DNA of 57,132 bases, filler included, from Circinaria calcarea (taxonomy: Eukaryota), in NCBI GenBank assembly GCA_051942165.1. It is 2 parts of 2 records of this genome, joined end to end, with 100 filler letters (N's around TTAATTAATTAA, not from the genome) between each part and the next. Parts side by side here need not be neighbours in the genome. Positions count along the whole stretch, not along the records: positions 1 to 28,570 come from JAVECS010000054.1; 1 more part is not named here. One strand, 5' to 3'. Shown in pieces: positions 12,601 through 24,265 of the stretch. Numbering within the stretch: position 1 is the first letter of the stretch; every line of letters starts with the position of its first letter. The position numbers and the translations under genes are program-made. The notes under the pieces are model-generated. The model was not told the origin of the DNA, did no database searches, and saw only the letters and a list, made by a program, of their open reading frames with translations.

Positions 12601-14935
12601 TCTTTCCGATCTGAACATGCTAGAGCTATGGGCGATTGATCTGCTTAAGATTGTAGGCAAGTTTGGCAATCATCTGCTCGATGAGCCGCAGGCCATTTAC
12701 AAATTCATTCCTCAATTCTGTCCTCACAGCTCTATCTTGTATCGTCAATTTGGCAAATCTTCAATATCGCCTCTGGCCATAAGAGGTATAGCGAACGACG
12801 AATGGGATGATTGCCTTGCGAGGATATCTCTTGGCGGAGAAGTCCAAGCTGTGCTGGTGACTTGCTCTCATCGCTACTTGGCCATATTAACTTCAATGGG
12901 AGCGACTGTTCTATGGAATTCTGTAACGTTCGAGAAGCTGCGGACATTCCTACACCAAGAGCACGTTTTCACCATTTGCTTCAATCACAGCGGTGAGCGT
13001 TTCGCTTCCTACGGGTATACGACCACGATAATATGGGACATCATTTCTGGGCGTCAGATACTCAATGTTACCAATGTTGCTGATACGCGAGCGTTATGCA
13101 TGGCTTTTACGGAGAACGACACGGTACTGATAATCGGTGCCGACACTCGAAAAGTTCAAAGACTGCGCATCGATCGTGCAGCGGAAGGATGGGAACCCCT
13201 GGACAAATCCATCATGCAGGAAGACACGTCCTTGGAAGGCACCTTTCTGAATTCGCCAACTGCACTGGCATTCAATGGCGATGTGACTGAGCTCGCGGTA
13301 GCATACCGTGGGTTTCCGCTATCTGTCTGGTCACTCGGAGACGCACAGCTCATTAATCGATGCAGACGAAGGGTGAACCATGGCGGAATTGCTGGCAAGG
13401 CTTGGACTGGCGTTAATCGGGTTGTCTGGCATCCGAACAGCGGTGAAGTTCTCGGTATATATACCGATGGTATGGTCTTTCGATGGCATCCCATCGAAGA
13501 GAGTCACCAAGAGTTGAACGGGGCCGATCTGAATGCGACGCCATCAGAGATCCAATGTAGCCCTGACGGAGTCGTCTTTGCAACCAGTGATGTCAACGGT
13601 TCTATCAAACTCTACAACTTTCATCATTTCACGTTGATCTATCAGCTATCGTCAGAGGACATTGTCAGTGCGCTATGTTTCAGCCCTGACGGTCAGCGAT
13701 TTTACGATCTGCGGGGCCCGTACTGCAATGTTTGGGAACCCAATGCTTTGATTCGACTATCCAGCACTGATGAAGAAGCCAATGAGATCGAGACGGAGAT
13801 TGGAAGTACGGCCATGTCTTACCTCGCATCCGAAGCATTCGTGGGCACGCCGGTATCGATTACCGCCCTCGCGTTAAGGCCGCAAGGGGAGCTCGTTTGC
13901 ACCGGTGATGACGAGGGCACCGTAGAAGTGCTAGACGTGACGAGAGGAGAGAAGCAAGAAGTCAGCAGTTCCGTGGCGGGGTTGAGTATCGAGCATATTG
14001 CATTTGCAGAAGAGGGCACCATATTTGTCTTTGCCGAGCTGGCCGGAAAGATTACCGCTGTGAAAATCGAGGAGCAGAAGGGAGAGAATGCCCATCCTAG
14101 ATGGAGAACCCACCCGATCATGAGCATCAAGTCCAGCTTGGAGACAGGAGGTATCCAACAGTTGTTAATAAGCCCGGACGCAGACCTCTTCTTAGTCTCG
14201 AGCATGAATTCCGCTCAGCTATGGTCTATTGGGACGAAATCGATCCAAAACATCTTCATGTCCACGACACCTGGCGTTCCACACCAATGGCTGAATCACC
14301 CTTTGAATTCCGGCCAACTCCTGTCCTTCACGCCCACAGAAATCCAAGCCCACGATTGGGGTACCTTGCAAGAGCTCAATCGATGGCATCTCAATCTCCC
14401 CAGAACTATAGACATTAACGATGACGAGGCGGAAAACCCAAGCTTGCCGCGAAAGAACTCCACGGGGAATCCGTTAAGCACGTCCGAGGACGACAGATCT
14501 ATTGACAACATCCTCATCTCACCCACGAAAGCGCTTATCTTCTTGTCCATATCGCAGCGAACCTCCTTCGCTACACGTCCCTCCCAGCTCCAAATAATTG
14601 AAACCGCGAGCTTCAATCACCTCGACCCAGACCCTCAACCAATCCTACCTACGTCTCTTCCACCAGAAATTGCATCAGTGATTGGACGCCCTCTCGCCGT
14701 CTTAGGGAGAGACCGTCTGCTCTTCCTCGACCACTCCTTCTGGGTCTGTACCTGGAATCTCAAAAGTGCGGGGGCAACAAGCGCAAAAGGACTTGTGCGT
14801 CACTTCTTCCTGCCGCGCGATTGGGTCAATGCGGAGAACTTGGAGCTGTGTCGTATTATGTCGGATGGAACATTCCTGTGTCACCGGAAAGGGGAAATTG
14901 CTATATTAAGTAGCACTTTGCAATCAAGTTGGTAG
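9660..14935 (+). CDS. Fungal NLR-like protein: N-terminal SesB/SERAC1-like alpha/beta hydrolase, NACHT NTPase, C-terminal WD40-like propeller
   Basis: Spliced N-terminus has IFIHGLGG, WPQKWLP, ARILTFGYNA, VHSMGG, FLSTPHRG, FYE and LNADHHDVCKF. The in-frame intron at about 11039-11097 joins it to ORF 11084-14935, which has Walker A GRPGRGKS, Walker B WIIDALDE, AEGNFLWV, LIHETAREYL and degenerate WD-like blades (CSPDG, FSPDG, ISPDA). Confidence 0.88.
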
Positions 14936-15312
14936 GATAACACCTGTACTTGGAAAGAGGTAATCACAATAGTACATGCCGCCGGCCTCCCATCGGCCAT
15001 TCATGACTATCATTTCAAATTCGAGACTAGTGTGTCATATTGCTAAAGGCAAACATAGAACGTAATATAGAAGCCCACCGAGTGCTAAACAGAGAAAGTT
15101 TGAATCCTTCGAGATACGATATTGAGAATTATAGTACCTGAGACGACTTGTAGTTGTAAATCCCTAGTCCATGACTCTCAAAATCACAATATCCTCATAT
15201 TGAAAACCTCTCATGCTGTAGAAAAATCGATTATTTCCTTTATCAAGTTAGTAAGCGGCCTCCGTCTGCGCTAGCATTTAAATCCTCTATCACATAAACC
15301 ATACAAAACTCC

Positions 15313-16570
15313 TCAATTCTTTTCCGAATCGCTGTCCCTGGTATATAAGCTGGGACGCGGCGAAGTGTCAATGACGCTAGAACCTGGCGTGTCGTTACTC
15401 CTTTGCACTACGTATTGAAATCCATTCACGACAACACCGTCGTCCTCCTCATATGGCGGTGGGCCCGTAACATTACTACTCGATCTGGAAGCCCTGTTTT
15501 GCTGCCGTCCTTGAGTGAGAAAATTTTCTACCATCTCCTCAACTCTACCCTCCTCAGCTCTTGTGATGCTATTGGCCAATCGTCTGGCTAGGATCTCATG
15601 CCGCACATCAAGCTGCAGCGGCTCCTGCTGCGTTGCCAATCGCTTCTCGTTCCAAGTATGTAGAGGTTCTTCGGAGGTCTGAAGAAGTCGATTGCCTGTA
15701 AGCCTGTTGATCCAGTTGCGCAGTTTTTGTTGCTGTGCAGCTTGACGATATAGACGTCGATTACGACATTCCTCTCTCCGAGCTGCCCAATCGGCACGGC
15801 GACGGGGATTGAGAACCTGAGTGAACAGAAATAGGGGAGCACACACTAGAACAAAAATAAAAGATGTTATAATAAACGCGAGAAGGATTTGGTTATGATG
15901 GTGAGCAGGGGTAAGAGTGATATTCGTGGTCGACGTTGGAGCCTCTAAGAGTTTAGGAGAAGATATCAAGGAGGGACGGTGGATCGTGGTACTCTGAAGA
16001 CCTGGCGGTGTATAGGATGGGGAGGCTAAGCTAATTGGTACAAGGGCTTCAGAAGATTTTCTGATCTCGTCCCCGATCAACCGAGAAACATTGGTGCAGT
16101 GGTGAAACTTGGCTTTCGATTCAATTATCTGAAAGACGTGTTTCAGAAACCTGATTGGTCTACTCTGGACTCGAAGTGTAGGAGTCTGTATGTCTGCCGA
16201 TGGAAGGGATTCCGTTGGAAAGCTGTTCAGAACAGCGTCGGTCGTTGCAGCTGTTAGTACCGAAAGCGTCAATGTAGCTCCTGTAGTAGGAATTGCGCTT
16301 TCTGTTGCAGTGCTAATCGAGGTAGAGGATGCAATTGTTGATGGAAGAAGTGAATGTAGGGTCTCGACGTAATAGTCGTCGGCTGTATAGCATTAGTATA
16401 TCGATGATCACATATTCCGGGACTTTACTCATACCTGACTCTAGAAGATAGCTTGCCGCCGGGCTGGTCTCATGCAATACGTCTTGCAAGAGCTGACCAG
16501 GAACCGCAATGGCCGACGCCAGCGCCGTGATCCTCCACAGCAACACTCTTGTCTTTCGAGATCCACGCAT
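15313..16570 (-). CDS. Uncharacterised type I membrane protein (signal peptide, S/T-rich ectodomain, one TM, cytoplasmic PPPY)
   Basis: Exon 1 MRGSRKTRVLLWRITALASAIAVPG splices (GTATGA...CTATACAG) in frame to ADDYYVETLH...TLSVL. TM ILLAFIITSFIFVLVCAPLFLF is followed by RRRADWAARREE and GPPPYEED. Confidence 0.7.
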
Positions 16571-16843
16571 CCTGCTGGTTTAGGCGTAGCTGTCACTAAG
16601 GGCACCCTAGACTCCCTCTCCCGGTGGTCGGATGCACGAAAGGGAATGAGAGAAGTGTTGCTGCCTACAAAAAAGGCCACGGGGGCTGAGCAGTATCCGT
16701 GCCGCAATGGCACCCCCCCGCGCTAGTTTAACGATCCTACGTATGGTAGCCCGGTCACGATCAATACAATACGGGGGACCATGAATTTGGATTGGATCTC
16801 CGAAACTGAGTACATCTGTTGATTTGTAGCAGAGCTTCAAGCA

Positions 16844-17352
16844 ATGGTAAGCTTCAGATCAACCGTTAGACACCTCCATACATCTTCACTCGCTAACGTT
16901 TCATTCTAGTTACCTCTAGGCCTCCTCAATGCAGCCCAGGGACATCCAATGCTAGTGGAGCTGAAGAACGGGGAAACGCTCAACGGCCATCTCATCAACT
17001 GCGATACTTGGATGAATCTTACACTCAAAGAAGTGGTCCAGACCAGCCCAGACGGTGACAAGTTCTTTAGATTACCAGAAGTCTACGTGAGGGGTAACAA
17101 CGTTTGTGGACCGATCCGAAGATTAGTCGATTGATTGGAATGCGGTGCTAATGCGCCTAACAGATCAAGTACCTGCGCGTCCCTGACGAGATCATCGATC
17201 TGGTCAAGGATCAACAACAAAGTCAACCCTCGAGTAGGGGCAGGGGCGGCAGTGTGCAACGTGGGGATCACGGCGCAAGAGGCGACCGGGGAAGGGGTGG
17301 ATCGAGAGGAGGTGGTGGAAGAGGACGAGGGCGAGGTAGAGGAGCAGGCTGA
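16844..17352 (+). CDS. LSM4: U6 snRNA-associated Sm-like protein Lsm4
   Basis: [59 protein letters not shown] plus an RG-rich tail; two introns. Confidence 0.95.
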
Positions 17353-17697
17353 ACCAGAATATGTCGGAGAACGCCCGAAAGGGTGTTGTAAAAGCTACCG
17401 GACAACTTGTGAGCAAATGATAGTAGGATCAAGGACCACTCCACAAGTGTCCCTTAAATATCCATATCATGGCGTTTGGATGCGAAGGAATACTAGGGCT
17501 GGGTATCGAAGAAAGGTGGCATGTATGAAGCGTCATAGCCCCTTCCGTCCGGTTGGCAATGGTCGACGCTGAGGGACCGTACGAGTACTCAATCTCAGGC
17601 AACATCAGAGAGCACAACAGGCTCTTTTCGCCTGCCGTATTCTAGCTAGCGAGCTGCGAATTGATCTCAAGCTCCCCTCCACATCTTCTCAAATGTA

Positions 17698-19528
17698 ATG
17701 CCACCGGTGATTCAACCAATTGATGCATTATGGCATTGTCTTTGCCCTTCATTTGTTAGACGATCACTGGCAACTACCCTTCGAATCCCTTCATTTGCTC
17801 GATCAAGGTTTGGACAATGCCTGGGAGCATCGCCCTCATCCGCGCATAGAACCTCCAGCCGGCTACAGCGCCCCCTCAATCCCCCCGTATATGATTCTCA
17901 ACCCAAATTACGCCGCGCTGATGCTTCGCACGGCTTCCTGCATACGCCTCAAGATGCACATAAAAGTACTGACCCCATTGGACCCTTGAAAAAAGCCAAA
18001 AAATCAAAATCTAGTCGTTATGAAGAGCTCCGCCGTGCCAGCAACAAAGGGGAATACCTGCAAGTTCAAGATATTGTGAGAGGATTGATACAAGAGGGCG
18101 CGGAATCACCGACTGCTCGTATATACACCGCTTTGCTTCTGGCAAATACGAGTGCAGAGTATGGGTCTCCATTGGAGGTGCAGCGGCTGCTGCAAGAAAT
18201 GAAAGACGAGGGAATACCTACCGATTCAGCAATTTACCATGCTGCACTCAAAGTAGTCCCAGATCTTCCAGTTTGCACAAGTTTGATACTTACTAGATAT
18301 AAAGGTTCTCGCCGTACATCCAGACTATATCCTCCGAAACGTAATTCTCGAGGAATTGGAGCAAAGGTGGCTCACTTTGACCGATGATGGATGGCATGAT
18401 GTGATTGTCGGTCTTCTCCGGGATCGTCAAATCGAGATGGCTATGGAAAAACTAGAGCACATGCAGCGAGAACGAATGAACATACGTTCTTGGCTTCATG
18501 ACCTTATAATATACACCCTATGCGATGCAGAAGAATTCGAGGAGGTCCTAAAGGTCATGAGATATCGATTCCACCAAGGCGAGCTTAACATCTCTGGAAC
18601 CCTCTGGTCCTACATCCTTGACACTGCGAGCAAAAGCCTTCACCACGAAGCCACCCTCTACGCCTGGCGCAAACGGGTCGAAACCGATTATCTCAACCCT
18701 CCGTCAGGGGTATGTGTCAACGTTCTCAACACCGCCGCTCGCCACGGAAACTTTCGACTCGCCACAGATGTATTTCGGATCCTCGGCAGACGCGCCAGCA
18801 CGCTGCAGCTCTGCAATTACGAAGCCATTTTAGAAGCCTACATGAATTCGTCTGACCTCCGTACAGCCCTCACAATTCTTACTGTCATGGCCTCTGGTGG
18901 TGTTCAACCCGAAGAAGCCACCACGCGCCCCATCTACCTCTATCTCCGCGAGTCCCCATCCCGACCGTCCGAAGCACTCTCCATCCTCCGCGACTTTAAA
19001 GACGCCCAGCGTATCATCCCCACCGTCGCCATCAACTGCATCCTCGAAGCCTCCATCCACCAAAATGACCTCGCCTCCGCCATCGAAGCCTACAAGGTCC
19101 TGCACACCTTCTGCCCTGCCGGCCCCACAACCGCCACCTTCAACGTCCTCTTTCGCGGCTGCTCCAAAGCCTCCCGCAAAGACCTTGCCATGTTCCTCGC
19201 GTCGGAAATGCTCGCGCTCAAAATCCCACCCGACGCCCTTACCTACGATCGGCTCATCCTCGTCTGCATCGACGGCCGGGGGAGAGACGATTATGCTGAC
19301 GCGTTTCAGTATTTCGAGGAGATGAAAGCCATGGGATGGTGGCCGCGACGGGGTACGTTAGTGGCGATGGTGAAGCGGTGCTGTGAGGATGGGGACGAGC
19401 GGGTTTTTGCGCTAGTGGAGGAGATGGAGGGGAGGGGGATGGATGTGGTGGGCGTGCAGAGGTGGGTGGCGGAGAGCTGGAAGGGGAATGAGGAGGCGAG
19501 GAAGGCGAGGGAGACGGTACAGGGGTGA
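17698..19528 (+). CDS. Pentatricopeptide-repeat protein, probably mitochondrial
   Basis: PPR-like units (YTALLLAN, PTDSAIYHAALK, NYEAILEAY, PTTATFNVLFRGC, PDALTYDRLILVC). N-terminal IDALWHCLCPSF followed by an Arg/Ser-rich presequence-like segment. One intron at about 18253-18304. Confidence 0.85.
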
Positions 19529-19685
19529 GAGGACAGGGGAGGGTGGTCATATTATGGCTGCAGCACCGTACAGATTATTTATACAAAGTCTATTGATCTT
19601 CAAGCATTTGTACTGTTAAACGTCTAATCTGTACATGTCTCTATATTTAAACAATGCCTTAATCACCGCATTTTACAACCCCCAA

Positions 19686-21059
19686 CTACCGTCTCCTCAG
19701 ATACCAATTAAACGCCAGCCCATTAGTCTCGCCTCCATACGGCGTCGGCACTTCCCCTAACCCCGGCCGGGCCACCGGATGCCTTAAGTAAACGGCACTG
19801 CAGATCTTGTGGTGCACCTCGAGATACCGAGGGATAAATGCAAAGGGTGACATCCACTCCCTCGGCCTCCAGGGGGTGGCATACGGTTTGGACGGATCGA
19901 TGGGGTTTTCCCTTGCTTCTTCCAGGGCAGTTCGGAGAGCGCGCTTGTCGTCTGCGGAGAGGCGGGGGGCAGAGGGCGAGCTTTGTTCGGATCTGTTTGG
20001 GGCTCTGGAGTCGGAGGAATTACTGGGTGCGGGAGAGGAGATGTTCAAACGGGAGGTGAGTTCTAGAAGCTGGGCGTCTAGGGAGTCGGTCAGGCCTGTA
20101 GAAGTAATGGAGCGCGAGAGGGTTTTTTTCAAGAGGCGCTGGAAGGCACGGAGATCTTGTTTTCGTTTCGCAGCGAGGGAAGAGTCGGTGGAGAGGATGT
20201 TTTTGGCTTGGGCGAGGATGGAGGTGAGTTCGAGTTTGGTGTCTTTAGGAGGGGTAGGTTTGGATGGGTTTTCTCGGGCCTTTGGGGTTGCCGAAGGCGA
20301 TTCTGCAGCGTCTGAGGTCGATGAGTCTGAGGAGTCTGAGGAAGATGACTTTTGTCTGAGCCTGCGGCCGGCGCGGCGTTCGTTCTTGTCCTTGGGGGCA
20401 CCTGTAGCGAAGAGGACGCGCTCGGGCTCGACCTGGAACATGTCGCCGGGGTTGAGCTGGTAACCTGGGTAGATCATCTAGTGAGAGGGTCGATTAATGA
20501 TTGTCTCTCGAGACCAGTGTTTATATGGATAGCCTGACAAACCTTCTTCCCATTGACCTTGACATATCCGTGCACAACAAACTGCCTCGCCTGTCTGGTG
20601 CTGCTGGCAAACATTGCTCGGAAGATGGCAGTATCGAGTCTCCGTTCCACAGGCGAATAGACCATGTTCATATAGGGAGTCCTCAGAACAGGTGGCGCTT
20701 CACGGCCTGGTTCGACGTCTAGTCCAGAGCCTCTTCCGAGCGCCTGTTCCGACCCATCGTTGCCAGCTAGATATCTATGTTCCATAGGTACTACGGAGCG
20801 AATTGTAGACCTGAACATTCGCTGCCATTGCTTCTCACGGATCGTCTCTCCATGATACGCCCGGGTGAGGGCTTTGGCAGTCCATTTCTGTTGGAAGTAA
20901 GTTTGTACTATAGTACTTGGGGCTTTGATGCGCGTAAGATTGTAGAGGTTATATTTGTTCCATGATTGTCGAGCGTTCTTCTAACGTTAGATGTAATTTA
21001 TAGGACATGGTGGTTTGGGTACCTACCGGTTTTTTCAGTCCGTAAAAGCGTTTACGCAT
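19686..21059 (-). CDS. NAM9: Mitochondrial ribosomal protein S4 (uS4m)
   Basis: [11 protein letters not shown]|..[22 protein letters not shown]4 domain [36 protein letters not shown]-terminal [32 protein letters not shown]. Confidence 0.93.
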
Positions 21060-21590
21060 CGTGATCGGGTAATGTTGTCTGGTAAGGGTTACGATAATTT
21101 ACATGTCAAGATTCCAAAGAAGGAGTACGAACTACAGGAAGCATCAAATCAAATGAATGCGGCAAGTCGTCCCGGCTGATCATCGGGAAAAGCTGCTTTA
21201 GTTATGGTACGATAGCGAAGCTATCATGGAGTTCGACTTTACGCGAAAAACGGGCTCCCTTAACGCTTCTGTGAATACGGCCATTTATCGTCCATTATAT
21301 CTCATTGCATAGGAATTATCTCGCGAAAGAAGCGAAAAATCAATACGGCGTGCTTCTCTCTTCTTATTGTTACCAGCCTACTCCAACAACTTTACTGTCA
21401 ACAGGACGGACTATCTGCATTTTCTTGACTCATCTATCCATGTACCCCACCATCCCACTACTCAAACCCTGAGCTTCCACATCTCCGTTCCTCAGCACTT
21501 ACCTTGCAAAGTATCTTACCAATTACCTTTCGAGCGCAATCGAGCAGCTAGAATTTGCGACCACTTCGAATCTCTCAAGTAATCACTACA

Positions 21591-23433
21591 ATGACGGATA
21601 TCAGGGTCGAGGCGATCGAGCCAGACCCGGCGGCGACTTCTGTCTCAAACGATGAGAAGGTGATCACGGAAAAACAGAATGATGAGTCGGCACCATTGGA
21701 CAGTGTGGATGCGGTCGCTGGCACCGACACTGCACCTTCGACGGAGGAGGTCAAAGCAGCCACGGAGGAGGCGAACATTGAAGATGGCGCTGGTAGTACC
21801 AACAAAGAAGATGCTACCGTAAAGACCGAAGGTCATACAACTGCGGCGACCAATGGTGAAGCTGCAGAAGGCGCGGAGAACGCGATTGAGCCCGAGGTAA
21901 AGGAGACGGAGAAGGACCGCTCTCAGACCAACCCGAGCGGCAGCGACCAGAAACAGGGAGATCGTGGTCGACCTTATGATAACGATAGAAAGCGCAACTC
22001 CAAATACAACAATTTCAAGAAAAATTGTGCCGAGAACTTCAAGTCAGACCTTACTTCTCAGGAGGAGAGCAGTGATCCAGTCCAGATCCGTAAACAGGTG
22101 ACTACACTTTAAAACCCTACTTGACACGATTGGATGAGACTGACAAGCATGTAAGGTTGAATTCTACTTTTCCGACTCAAACCTCCACATGGACAAGTTC
22201 CTCTTCTCTAAAGTAGATGGCCATAAGAACAATCCTGTTCCAATCAGCCTCATCCATTCCTTCAAGCGCATGCGTCACTTCCAACCTTACTCTGCCATCG
22301 TCGCTGCTCTAAAAGACAGCAAAATACTCGATGTAGTCGAGAACGATGAGTGTATCCAGCGTAAGGTGCCGTTGGCGGATGATGTCCAAGACAAGCCCAT
22401 CTACGAAGTCCAACAGGTTTATGAGAACAAGGCTATGGCCCGAAGTGTCTATGTCAAGGGATTTGGCAACGAGCAACCAAGCACCCAATTCGACATCGAA
22501 GCTTTCTTTGCCCCATACGGCCCTGTCAATCAAGTTCGCCTACGACGTACTGAGCACAAGCTTTTCAAGGGCAGCGTATTCGTGGAATTTGATTCCGATG
22601 ATACGGCTAAAGCTTTTCTTGCCCTTGAGCCAAAACCACAATGGAACGGTCAAGACCTAATGATCAAGAGCAAGAAACAGTACTGCGATGAAAAGGTCGA
22701 AGACATAGCGACCGGGAAGATCAGGCCAAAGACGAATCAGGACCATGAGAAGTCAGGTTACAAAGGTAGGAGAGGCGACGATAAGAGAGACTGGAGAGAA
22801 AGGAGGAATGAAGACCAGAAGAATGGCTTCCAGAATCGGGGACATAGAGGCTTCGGTAGCTCTGGGAGGGGCCGAGGCCGAGGTAGAGGTAGGGATGATA
22901 GAGATAGAAGAGACGACCGTAATAGGAATACGGAGGTTGATAGGCAGAGAAAGGAGCAGTACGTCTCAATCATTCCTTTGCTTGCAAGATACTAATTATG
23001 GCCAAGTGAGGTTCCGAAGATAGCTGTAGCTGCGGAAGAATCTGTCGACGAAACCAAAGCCACCGAAGCTGAAAATCCCGAAGCTAATGGCCACGTCAAG
23101 GATACTGAGGTCGATACCAAATTAGATCTCGGGATCGAAAAATCTGGCCCAGCAGTAGGACCACCATCCAAGGAGGCTATCGACAATGCTAAGAAGCGCG
23201 CTCGCGAAGACGACGAAACCTCGGAAGGACCGGGGAGCACGAAGAAGATTGACAACAAGGAGGTCGTCAAGACTATTACGAAGGCTGTCGAATCTACTAA
23301 ACAGGCCGTCGAAACGATCAAGGAGGTTTTGGAACCTACCAAAAAGCGTGCCCGCGACGACGACAACGACGGTGACGAGGGAATGACGGATCACCGAGAC
23401 ACCAAGAAGGTTGACGTCAAGGCAGAGTCATAA
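21591..23433 (+). CDS. LHP1: La protein (La motif + RRM), RNA polymerase III transcript chaperone
   Basis: IRKQ|VEFYFSDSNLHMDKFL..IHSFKRMR (La motif), RSVYVKGF..FKGSVFVEF (RRM), RG-rich segment, acidic/basic last exon; two introns. Confidence 0.92.
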
Positions 23434-23865
23434 TACAGGTGCAGAGTCAGGTTATGAGAGTGGTGGAAAGCCGGTCATGTACAATGGTGGCCTATAGTGT
23501 AAGAAGGCGATGGCATGCGAAAAAGCGCCAACGCTCTTGCCAAGAGCAACTCGCCGTACTTTCGGTATCTAAATATTACACCAGCTTGAGGTCAAACAGT
23601 GACGATGGTATTATCTAAACCAAAAGTTGTATAGGTAGGGCCATGAATGGCTTTGGGGCATTGGGGTAAAATGGGACACATTGTCCACGAAGCTAGCCAT
23701 TCAGATAGCATAATCCTCAAATAGTTTATCATAATTTGCAATCCCAGTGAAAAATCTTCAAAGTCTTGTCATGTAGCTCTATTGACTTATCTGGAGACAT
23801 GGGTACGTAAAATTACTTGACTCACCCCCTCACACCTCAATGAGAGAAAACAGGAAACAAGGCCG

Positions 23866-24265
23866 TAGGCGCGCGCACAAGCGACTCGCAAGTGCTCGCA
23901 AGCGACCAAGCGCGGAGTTCCTCAAAGCTCGAGCGCGGCTAGCTCTCGACGTTTAACGAATGGAATTAATATGCTTCCGCCTTTAGTAAATTTGGTACCT
24001 TTGAGCGTGGCAGGGCTGAATTAAGCTCGAGCGCGGCTAGCGTCGACGTTCGACGATGGGGGGTGGAAAACCTCAGATAGGTTAGTATTATGGGGCCTTA
24101 ACCGGTCGAAGAGGGGGTGGGAAATCTGGAATGGGGCTAGCGTTGAGAGGTGTTTTTTCCGGAATTAGGGGTAGGGTATCTACCCCTCCAAGCCCTCGAC
24201 GTTTAACGATAGGATATTGGAAACCTAGATTGGGTTAGTCTCCACGGCCCTGGACAGGTTGATGG
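23866..24265. repeat. Imperfect dispersed direct repeats, possible degraded mobile element or gene relic
   Basis: Exact 19-mer aagctcgagcgcggctagc at 23925 and 24023. Motif tcgacgtt(t/c)(a/g)acga at about 23946, 24043 and 24196. Two diverged copies of about 65 bp (tcgacg..acgat.gg...tggaaa.cct.agat..gttagt) at about 24043 and 24196. Confidence 0.6.

Noticed and set aside
12800..14935. HET-E/HET-D-type hypervariable WD40 array in the NLR
   Set aside because: No near-identical tandem repeats of about 126 bp are visible; the blades are highly diverged.
23925..24210. CRISPR-like repeat-spacer array
   Set aside because: Eukaryotic context, only 2-3 irregularly spaced degenerate copies, and no cas genes.
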